Virus record (IMG/VR): IMGVR_UViG_3300042558_003926 | Coordinates: 1 to 64,000 of that record | DNA length: 64,000 nt | Strand: one strand, 5' to 3' | In this document: in pieces, positions 35,352 through 43,276 of the stretch | Position numbering within the stretch: position 1 is the first letter of the stretch | Layout of the letters: the number at the start of each line of letters is the position of its first letter | Notes under the pieces: generated by a model | The model's input: the letters and a program-made list of their open reading frames with translations, nothing else | Database searches by the model: none | What the model was told of the DNA's origin: nothing | Translations under genes and position numbers: made by a program

Positions 35352-36480
35352 TATATTGATAGACGGGAATTACATCTTTCACAAGACCTTTGGGGTTTTT
35401 GGAGGATATGGAAATGTTGATCCGGGTAAAATACTTAAGGACAAGAAAGAGCAATCAGCTTTTATTAGAAAAATATCTACTGATCTTTGCGCTTCTTTAA
35501 AAATGTTACCACAGGGCGGAAGAATGATATTTACCTCTGACAGCAGAAGCTGGAGAAAGGATGTCGAAATAGAAGACGGCGGATATAAATCAGGCAGAGT
35601 TAAGGACGAGAATGTCGACTGGACAATCTTTTTTGATCTGATGAAATCTTTTGGAGATCACTTAGAAAAAACTGGTTTTATTTTTTCTAAGGTAGAAGGT
35701 GCAGAGGGGGATGACCTATTAATGTTCTGGTCTAATTATTTCAATCAAAGGAATGAAAATTGTCTGATCATAACAGGCGATAAGGATCTCCATCAGCTAG
35801 CAGGAATAACAGAAAACTCCTGGACTGTAGTATGGAATAATAATCAGAAGAAAAACACATTATTTGTTCCCGAAGGGTGGAAGGATCAATGGTTAGATAG
35901 AGACGAATCAATAAGTATTTTCAATATGGCATCCGCAATTTCTCCGGAGAAGGAGAGATTTAAAACTTTCCTTAAAAAGGCAACTATAGAGGAAGTTGAA
36001 AGTAGATCTTTTATTTTTACCAAGATACTAATGGGAGATAAGGGAGATTCTGTACCCAGCGTATGGGAGCAGACTTCCGGGACAAGGATTATGGGATTCA
36101 CCCAGAAAAAGGCTGATAGTGTATTTGAATCATTTTCTTCCTCCGAGTGGTCAGATATCGAGTTTTCTCAAATGCTCAACGACGAGGGTTACCTAAACTG
36201 GGTTAGTGGTATGGTACTAAGAACAGCAAAATCGGTAGACAGTACAGAAAACAGAAATAAGGTAAAAGAAAATATAATCAGGAACTTTAAGCTAATGTGG
36301 CTTAATTCGGAGGTAATCCCCGATTTTGTAAAAGATTCTTGTCAAGAGGAGATAGAGAGAGGTATATCACTGGATAAAAAATCGGTTACCTTGGATAGAA
36401 TTAAGATACTAGAAGGTACTGAATGGGTTACCGTAAACTACCAACCTAAGGGATTCGATCCATTTGAAAATTTTATTTAA
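35344..36480 (+). CDS. 5'-3' exonuclease / T4-type RNase H (FEN family)
   Basis: ILIDGN, SWRK, YKSGR, EGDDL, TGDKDLHQL, GDKGDSVP. Confidence 0.9.
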   Translation: MVNILIDGNYIFHKTFGVFGGYGNVDPGKILKDKKEQSAFIRKISTDLCASLKMLPQGGRMIFTSDSRSWRKDVEIEDGGYKSGRVKDENVDWTIFFDLMKSFGDHLEKTGFIFSKVEGAEGDDLLMFWSNYFNQRNENCLIITGDKDLHQLAGITENSWTVVWNNNQKKNTLFVPEGWKDQWLDRDESISIFNMASAISPEKERFKTFLKKATIEEVESRSFIFTKILMGDKGDSVPSVWEQTSGTRIMGFTQKKADSVFESFSSSEWSDIEFSQMLNDEGYLNWVSGMVLRTAKSVDSTENRNKVKENIIRNFKLMWLNSEVIPDFVKDSCQEEIERGISLDKKSVTLDRIKILEGTEWVTVNYQPKGFDPFENFI

Positions 36481-36481
36481 C

Positions 36482-36910
36482 ATGGAATTATTTGATATAA
36501 TTAAAAATATATTTTCTCAGGATCCTAAAAAATGGTCCCAGATATCTAAAAACGATAAGTCTAGGAATTTTTTCATGATTAATCGTATTATGGCTATACA
36601 ATTTCCACATATAGCTAACCAATTTAATAAAATAAAGATAAATCCAGATGCTACGGTTGACTGGTGGAGAAAAAACCTTTCTTCCAGATATGCTAAAACA
36701 CCCACGTGGATTTACACTAAAACTATTAAAAAGGAGAATAAAATCAAGAAGGATGCGTCAGCTTCTTGGGAAACTGTTGAACTTTTCGTTAGAGATAGAT
36801 ATAATGTATCCAAGAGGGATCTTTCAGATTTAAAGAGATTTTATCCCATGAAATATGATTTATGGATGAAGGATATATCTGATCAAATAGGGATAAAAAA
36901 TAATTCTTGA
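36482..36910 (+). CDS. Probable clamp-loader small subunit (gp62-like)
   Basis: NFFMINRIMA.QFP.IANQFN resembles the gp62 motif FMINRxLS...ANEMN; ATG at 36482 preferred over the upstream TTG. Confidence 0.55.
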   Translation: MELFDIIKNIFSQDPKKWSQISKNDKSRNFFMINRIMAIQFPHIANQFNKIKINPDATVDWWRKNLSSRYAKTPTWIYTKTIKKENKIKKDASASWETVELFVRDRYNVSKRDLSDLKRFYPMKYDLWMKDISDQIGIKNNS

Positions 36911-36911
36911 C

Positions 36912-37484
36912 ATGAAGAACAAACATTCTAAAATTATAGATAAAGTCATTGCAAGCCTAGATTGGGATTCCATCTTCGAAGTAAATAAATGCTTTAAACA
37001 TGGTGTAGGAGAGGGAACCTCTGCTATACCCGGAGTAAAGAGAAAACCATTCTCCGACGGAATAACTAAGAATGACATTAAAAGTGAACTTAGAGGACTT
37101 CTTAAATATGTGGTTGAGAACGACTATGCTGAGTTAATCTATGGGTATTGGATGATATTCTGGAATAATTCGGAGTGGGCGGAAGAGGATCTTAAGAAGA
37201 TTAAAGAAGAAATGGGAGACGAAGAAGATGCCGTAGATCTAAGCGAAATATCTATAGATAACAGTCTCGAGGTTATTTATTCCCCTCAGAGGACATTTAT
37301 AGTAGAGGCCAGGAGATCTGATGGATCTTCTGATATTGAGGATAAGGATGTGATTAATCTAGAACTTATGCTAAAAAAAGCTTTGGAGTCGGAACAGTAC
37401 GAGCTAGCTTCTAAAATAAGAGATGTTATAAAGCTCCAAAAAAATCAGACAGATTCGGATACATATTCTGATGAAGTACATTAG
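36912..37484 (+). CDS. Protein with C-terminal UVR (UvrB/UvrC) motif
   Basis: LKKALESEQYELASKIRDVI. Confidence 0.7.
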   Translation: MKNKHSKIIDKVIASLDWDSIFEVNKCFKHGVGEGTSAIPGVKRKPFSDGITKNDIKSELRGLLKYVVENDYAELIYGYWMIFWNNSEWAEEDLKKIKEEMGDEEDAVDLSEISIDNSLEVIYSPQRTFIVEARRSDGSSDIEDKDVINLELMLKKALESEQYELASKIRDVIKLQKNQTDSDTYSDEVH

Positions 37485-37950
37485 ATCCATAAACGAATTT
37501 GACGCGGGAGCGTTCGGAGACACGTACGGGTACGGAGGAGCGAACGGGGTTCTTAAGATAAACTATAAGCCATTTAACGACCTTTCTGTTTCTGTTGGCC
37601 CAGATCCTAATATTGAAAGAACAGTAAAAGGATCAGAATTTCAGATCGGCGATGTTGTTATAGCTCAACCTCTAAAATCCAAAGATAAAGTAATAGGTGT
37701 TATCGTTAGATCTTTTAGAAACCCAGATAATCAAGAATATAGATACTTTATACAGGTTTACAATAAAGGTAAAGAGACTGAGAGAGTTATAGAAGTTAAA
37801 TCAGATTCCATCCAATTTGCAGAAGGAGGAGATCACGGTAATATTGAATCTAAGTCTAAGTATAAAAACAACGATATTCCTAGCTCAGCATTTAATTCTA
37901 AGACAGTTTACAATTCTAGCGAGCTTGGATTGGAAACAACAGGAGGATAG
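37471..37950 (+). CDS. Putative internal head protein
   Basis: N-terminal MKYIRSINEF (capsid-targeting-like); GATACATA at 37458. Confidence 0.55.
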   Translation: MKYIRSINEFDAGAFGDTYGYGGANGVLKINYKPFNDLSVSVGPDPNIERTVKGSEFQIGDVVIAQPLKSKDKVIGVIVRSFRNPDNQEYRYFIQVYNKGKETERVIEVKSDSIQFAEGGDHGNIESKSKYKNNDIPSSAFNSKTVYNSSELGLETTGG

Positions 37951-37979
37951 AAACCTAAATGCTGCAATCGGGTATAATA
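37950..37979 (+). promoter_or_regulatory. Putative middle (ECF-type) promoter
   Basis: GAAAC-N17-GTATAATA upstream of 37987. Confidence 0.6.
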
Positions 37980-37986
37980 AGTAAAA

Positions 37987-38886
37987 ATGATATCCGATAA
38001 TAACCCATTAATTTCTTATTTAGGCATACCTAAAACATGGGCAAGCGAGGGATTTAGAATATCCTCGCATAAGGATCTTTTAAATCTAGTTACCGATCTT
38101 TGTAAGTTCAATTCATCAATTAAGTGCAAATCCGTTTGTATAGATTCGGGGGAGATTGATTTTGATCCATCGGTGTTTAATTCTGTAATAGACGAGACGG
38201 ACAGCGAAACTTCATCTATGCTCTTAGAAATCCAGGAAATAACACGAAGGGAAAATCTTAAGATATATTTTCTAGTTACCAAGGATTATTTTTTAGGAAG
38301 CCAGATCGACAACATTTTCACATCGACAAATAGATTTTTAAGCTTTATTGGAGGATTTCTTGAATCTATTGGTGTTACATATCCTTCCATAATAGTAAGG
38401 GTGGGATCTGCTTACGGGAACAGAAAGGATTCCATGAAGATTTTTTGCGAGAGAGTAAGAAGTCTCGATACTGTAGTTTCTTCCAAGTTGTGCGTTATGA
38501 ATGACGACAAGCCTAGCCTTTTTTCTGTTACTGATCTACTAACTGGAATATACTACGATGCAGGACTTCCTATATGTTTTAGAACATTAGCTCATCATTT
38601 TAATGACGGCGGATTAACCATAAGGGAAGCTCTATATTTGGCTTCAACTACTTGGACTGAAGGTAATTCACCACTAATGATCCATTCGGAATCCAGGGAT
38701 ATTAACAGCGACGGGATTTTTCTTAGTCCTCTTCCCTCTGATGAATTAACTATGAGGATTCCAACATTCGGTCTCCGCTGTGAAATTATCTTAGACTCTC
38801 TGGGAAAGGAACTATCATACATTAATTATTTAAAAAACCATAAGGCTTTACCCCCTATTGTTATTAACAGAATATCCGGGAAATAA
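37987..38886 (+). CDS. UV-damage endonuclease (UvsE/UVDE) homolog with degenerate metal sites
   Basis: MNDDKPSLFSVTDL, HHFNDGGL...EAL.LA..TW and HSESR follow the UVDE pattern. Confidence 0.7.
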   Translation: MISDNNPLISYLGIPKTWASEGFRISSHKDLLNLVTDLCKFNSSIKCKSVCIDSGEIDFDPSVFNSVIDETDSETSSMLLEIQEITRRENLKIYFLVTKDYFLGSQIDNIFTSTNRFLSFIGGFLESIGVTYPSIIVRVGSAYGNRKDSMKIFCERVRSLDTVVSSKLCVMNDDKPSLFSVTDLLTGIYYDAGLPICFRTLAHHFNDGGLTIREALYLASTTWTEGNSPLMIHSESRDINSDGIFLSPLPSDELTMRIPTFGLRCEIILDSLGKELSYINYLKNHKALPPIVINRISGK

Positions 38887-38917
38887 TTTTTTATCCCGGT
38901 GATTTTAATTATCTTTA
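38885..38917 (+). promoter_or_regulatory. Putative early promoter (Bacteroidota type)
   Basis: AATTTTTTATCCC-N12-TATCTTTA. Confidence 0.55.
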
Positions 38918-38921
38918 CAGC

Positions 38922-39623
38922 ATGTTTAAAGAGGAACTAATTAAGAAATATCTTTACTTTGATGTAGAGACTGCTAGTGGATATGAATCATATGATGATC
39001 TTTTGTATCGAAACGAAAGACTAGCTCTATTGTGGGATAAAAGGTGTAAGTACTATAGATCCTCCTTTCCGGAGCTAGCCGAAGCAGATGAATCTAAAAT
39101 ATATGATGAAAAATCTCCGTTAGAGCCAGAATTTGCAAAGATCGTTTGCGTATCGTTTGGATCTTTTGATGAGGATGGCTTAGAGAGGTTCATTTCATTT
39201 AACGGTGAGGATGAGATTGATATATTATCTAAAGCAAATAAGGTTTTCAATAACGCACATGCTAAGGGATGGAAACTTTGTGGGCATAACATTAAAGCTT
39301 TTGATGTTCCTTGTCTAGGAAAAAGAATGCTATACCAATCAATAAATCCTTCCCCTAATATACAGATATGGGACAAAAAACCATGGGAAATACCCTATAT
39401 AGATACTTCTGAAGTTTTTTCTTTCGGAAGCTGGGTACAACAAAAATATCTAAGCTTAGATTTAGTTTCATGTATGTTTGGTGTAGAATCACCTAAAGTA
39501 TCTATGGATGGATCCCAGGTAAGTAATGTTTTTTGGAAAGATGGGGACCACGATAAGATAAAGGGGTACTGTGAAAATGATGTTCGTACGGTTATGGAGA
39601 TTATGAAAAAATCTTGCTTTTAG
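38922..39623 (+). CDS. DEDD 3'-5' exonuclease (PolB-exo-like, standalone)
   Basis: YFDVETA, GHNIKAFDVP, YCENDV. Confidence 0.88.
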   Translation: MFKEELIKKYLYFDVETASGYESYDDLLYRNERLALLWDKRCKYYRSSFPELAEADESKIYDEKSPLEPEFAKIVCVSFGSFDEDGLERFISFNGEDEIDILSKANKVFNNAHAKGWKLCGHNIKAFDVPCLGKRMLYQSINPSPNIQIWDKKPWEIPYIDTSEVFSFGSWVQQKYLSLDLVSCMFGVESPKVSMDGSQVSNVFWKDGDHDKIKGYCENDVRTVMEIMKKSCF

Positions 39624-39648
39624 AAAAAAATAAAATAAGCTAACATAT

Positions 39649-39685
39649 AAAGCTTTTCTTTGATATATAGAGAAAAGCTTTTTTT
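39649..39685 (+). terminator. Terminator-like hairpin whose loop holds a late promoter (GATATATA, 39662-39669)
   Basis: AAAGCTTTTCT-TTGATATATAG-AGAAAAGCTTT-TTTT, directly followed by the GTG start. Confidence 0.7.
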
Positions 39686-40483
39686 GTGGCCAGAGTTTTA
39701 GATTACATATCATTCAATAATAATGTTAATGAGGCAGAAACTCCTTATTACCACGAGTCTCTTAATCCTGTATTCTGGGAAAAAAAGAAGGATCGTAAAG
39801 GTGATATAAAATGGGTTTTCGATCAGAGGGTGAGAAGAAAGCTAGTAAGGATAGCCAAGGAATTCTACACTAAATATGAGGACATATTAGGAGAAAGAGC
39901 AATTAAAGATATCGTATTAACAGGATCTCTTGCTAATTTCAACTACACTAAATACTCTGATCTTGATGTTCATATTCTAGTAAATCTAGATGGCATCGAC
40001 GATGAAAATCCCAAGATATTAAAATCAGCTATAGATGGGGTTAGATTCATATGGAACCTCAGACATGATATAAAGATTAGAAATTATGATATGGAGGTAT
40101 ACCTTCAGGATGATGACGAGGAGCATAACTCTTCCGCTGTATTTTCACTATTAGATAATGAATGGATTAAGAAACCTGTTTATGATCTTCCTGAGATTGA
40201 TGACCAGCAGGTAAATAAAAAATACGAATCCATAGTTTCAGATATAGAAAACATGCACACAAGGCTCATGATATCAGGAAACATGCCAAGCAATGCAAGA
40301 CAGCTCCATAAAAGATGTGAGAAAATAAAGAAAAAAATATTTAAGATGAGAAGAGAATCTCTAACTAAAGGAGGAGAGATGTCAGTGGGCAATCTTGTCT
40401 TTAAAAAACTGAGGAACGAGGGATATATAAAGCAGTTAATAGATATTATTTCTAAATCCTACGACAAAATTTACACGGAATAA
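39686..40483 (+). CDS. Pol-beta superfamily nucleotidyltransferase, probably head-packaged
   Basis: LTGSLANFNYTKYSDLDVHIL (GS-x10-DxD) and a third acidic residue in DMEVYLQD; N-terminus MARVLDYISF..VNEA. Confidence 0.8.
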   Translation: MARVLDYISFNNNVNEAETPYYHESLNPVFWEKKKDRKGDIKWVFDQRVRRKLVRIAKEFYTKYEDILGERAIKDIVLTGSLANFNYTKYSDLDVHILVNLDGIDDENPKILKSAIDGVRFIWNLRHDIKIRNYDMEVYLQDDDEEHNSSAVFSLLDNEWIKKPVYDLPEIDDQQVNKKYESIVSDIENMHTRLMISGNMPSNARQLHKRCEKIKKKIFKMRRESLTKGGEMSVGNLVFKKLRNEGYIKQLIDIISKSYDKIYTE

Positions 40484-40490
40484 TTTAATT

Positions 40491-43208
40491 ATGATAATTA
40501 TTTTACCAAAGAACACAGAATATAATCTAGGGAACGATTTTCCCTTGATTACCATACCTATGACCATGGAGAATGCTGAATCAGCATCGTTTGAAGATTT
40601 CCAGTGGTGGTCGTATTCTAAGGATTTTAGAAATTGGTTGAAAGCAAATCCAAGACAATGGGTAGCAGACTCCGAGGATCTCTCTAAATATTCAGGTAGC
40701 TTAACTGAATACCTAAGAGAGTGTATGGAAAGATATGATGAGGAGTCCTTACTATCAGAATCTAGCGTTATATCTTTTGAAGATTTTGAAAGGATGCTCT
40801 CAGAAAATGAAAATCTTTTCGAGGATGATGGGGATTCGGGAGCAGCTAGTGTGGACGACCAAGCTACTGTAAAAGAAGCGGTAAAATTTCACTTTGCATA
40901 CAATAAATTAAAAAGTGATGGAACTTTAAAAGAATCTGCTACTGCTGATCAAATAGCTACAGGCGACGATAAAGCGGTATTTTTAGTTTTAGAAGATCCT
41001 GAGAGTAAGGAAAATCTTTTAGAGACTTTAAAAGCATTTAGAATGAAAGGATTCACCGATACCGCAGCTGAATCTAAATTTACATTAATAAATGTTACTG
41101 AGATGGTTCCTGGTGGACCGGTTGCAGAAGATGACTCCCCTGAAAATGTCGTGGGTAAGATAGTTCAGGATGCTACAATTTTAGCAACAACTGCTGGTGC
41201 GGGGGTTCTTATCTTTGGTGCTCTTAAAGTAGCTGGTGGAGCTTTAGGAACACAGGCTTTGTTAAAAACAATCAGGGGATTCTCCCCTAGTGCAGCTGCT
41301 AAAGCGGCTTCCACCGCAGCTAAACCTGGCCTTTGGAGTAAAGCAGGAAAATTTACAGCAGGTAAACTCAAGAGTATCTGGGGTATAGCCAAAGAAATGG
41401 CTACACTTAAAAATACAAGGATAGCAGCTCAGGGTGCAGCAAGAGGTTTCAGAGGAGCTAAAGCCGCTTTCATGCTAGGAAAACAGGGAGTAGGTGGAGC
41501 GATTAAAGCTTTCGGTAAAGGATTCGCTAGAGGATTTTCTAAAGCAGGAGGTAAAGCAATACCTTTCGTAGGTGAGGTACTTATGGTTATCGATGCTGTG
41601 GGTTCTACTTGGAACTGGTTTAGTTCCAATCAGGCACCTAGATATGGCGAGGTTGATAGTTTTGCGCACAACTCATTAGATCCTGCATCAATACCGGTTG
41701 GAGTTCCTATCACTATATGCTGGTCACAGCCTGCAGGTGGATGGGGTGGAGCTGCAGTAAGCTTTTTCTTCAGTAATGAAACTAGAACTACATGCGAGCT
41801 TGTAAAGATTGGAGTTAGAGATAACTATTCAATATTCATATTAACTCAGGTTAACTCTGCAGAGGTTCAGAAACAGCTAGCATCTCACGATCTAGTTTTG
41901 ATTGCTTTGGATAACAGCGATAAAGTTAATGAGCAACCAGAGGATGCGGGAAATATACTTACAAAAGCTGCTAAATACGTTCAGAGAACATTTGACAACG
42001 AGGATATGGACTTTAAAATGTCTTTTGTTGATGGAATCGATAAGATTGCAGCATTATTCAATTTCCAGGGTATGTGCGATTGGAACACATTCATATCGGA
42101 ATACAATAACGCATCAGACCAGTTAATAATAGCTGACGAAAACGCTCCTGCAACATATCAGTTTTATTATACAGATTCAGAGGATAATATTATTAACGTA
42201 GCGGGAAGACTATTAACCAGCGAAGAATTAGCTACTACTTCAGATACGGATATAGAAAAGATATTTTACCCTATAGAAGGAGGTGAGGATGTCTTCGGTA
42301 AAGTTAAGAAAAGAGGGGAAGGTGAAGTAGCAGAAGAATCCGAGGGATTTGATTCTTATGGACTAAACATATTGATGGAATCATCCGGAGTTATAACTAG
42401 CTTTTCTGATTTCAATTCATCTTTAACAAAGGCTAATTTGGGAATTTTTGAGGCTGGAGGATCTTCTGGAAATCCCGATGAGGGATCAGGAGACCCAGAT
42501 TCACAGGGAGTAGGCGCAAGTACTGCTGATCTTAGCCCAGATGATAAAATGGAGCCTGCAAAGGTAGCAATCTATAAGGTAACCGATAGAGAATATGCAA
42601 ATCCAGAGCTTAGAAAATATAAAGCAGGAGTATTTACCCAATTTATTCTTACGGAGGAATCTTTTGATGCTAAAGCTAATGAATCGATTGGTGTAGACGT
42701 TAATACTACAGGGGAGGACCTAGAAGATCCTAGAAGAGGGGTTTATGCTTATAAGAGAAAAGAAGATACACCGAAACCTCCGGTTGATCCTGATAAGGAT
42801 AAGGATAAAGATAAAGATAAGGAAGAAGACGTAAAAAGGGACCAACAGCCTGACGTCGAAAAAACGGAGGATGACTACTTCTTAAAAGTTAATCCTAAGG
42901 ATGTAGAGATTAAAGATAAAAGAAATTCTACAGTTATTAGAGATAAGAGCGTAGAAGGTGGTATAAACATCTTAGACGAGTTCTTAGATGCTAAGAAAAA
43001 AGAGATATTAGGTATCTCAGATTGGAAAGCAATTACTTTCGCTAAATCGATGTTAGATGCTAAAGGAGAAGTTACTGAAGTTAAATTAAAGAACAGATTT
43101 GCTCCGTTTGGTGATAAGATAAGAAAATATAGAGTTACTGATGGCGAATCATTCGAGATAGCTAAGAAATTTGCTGAAGATGTTGAAGCCAGAATAAAAT
43201 ATGAATAA
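40491..43208 (+). CDS. Large putative internal/ejection protein with Gly/Ala-rich hydrophobic segments
   Basis: GAGVLIFGALKVAGGALG and GKAIPFVGEVLMVIDAVG; acidic flanks; GATATATA at 40422. Confidence 0.6.
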   Translation: MIIILPKNTEYNLGNDFPLITIPMTMENAESASFEDFQWWSYSKDFRNWLKANPRQWVADSEDLSKYSGSLTEYLRECMERYDEESLLSESSVISFEDFERMLSENENLFEDDGDSGAASVDDQATVKEAVKFHFAYNKLKSDGTLKESATADQIATGDDKAVFLVLEDPESKENLLETLKAFRMKGFTDTAAESKFTLINVTEMVPGGPVAEDDSPENVVGKIVQDATILATTAGAGVLIFGALKVAGGALGTQALLKTIRGFSPSAAAKAASTAAKPGLWSKAGKFTAGKLKSIWGIAKEMATLKNTRIAAQGAARGFRGAKAAFMLGKQGVGGAIKAFGKGFARGFSKAGGKAIPFVGEVLMVIDAVGSTWNWFSSNQAPRYGEVDSFAHNSLDPASIPVGVPITICWSQPAGGWGGAAVSFFFSNETRTTCELVKIGVRDNYSIFILTQVNSAEVQKQLASHDLVLIALDNSDKVNEQPEDAGNILTKAAKYVQRTFDNEDMDFKMSFVDGIDKIAALFNFQGMCDWNTFISEYNNASDQLIIADENAPATYQFYYTDSEDNIINVAGRLLTSEELATTSDTDIEKIFYPIEGGEDVFGKVKKRGEGEVAEESEGFDSYGLNILMESSGVITSFSDFNSSLTKANLGIFEAGGSSGNPDEGSGDPDSQGVGASTADLSPDDKMEPAKVAIYKVTDREYANPELRKYKAGVFTQFILTEESFDAKANESIGVDVNTTGEDLEDPRRGVYAYKRKEDTPKPPVDPDKDKDKDKDKEEDVKRDQQPDVEKTEDDYFLKVNPKDVEIKDKRNSTVIRDKSVEGGINILDEFLDAKKKEILGISDWKAITFAKSMLDAKGEVTEVKLKNRFAPFGDKIRKYRVTDGESFEIAKKFAEDVEARIKYE

Positions 43209-43243
43209 TCGCAGAAATGATAAAAAATATCTGAACGATTGTT

Positions 43244-43251
43244 GATATATA
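43244..43251 (+). promoter_or_regulatory. Putative late promoter GATATATA
   Basis: Upstream of the protease/capsid operon. Confidence 0.7.
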
Positions 43252-43276
43252 AATGACATAAAAAAGAAAAAATAAA

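Noticed and set aside
42792-42821. (GATAAR)5 microrepeat
   Set aside because: It encodes a DKDKDKDKDK linker, ordinary low complexity.
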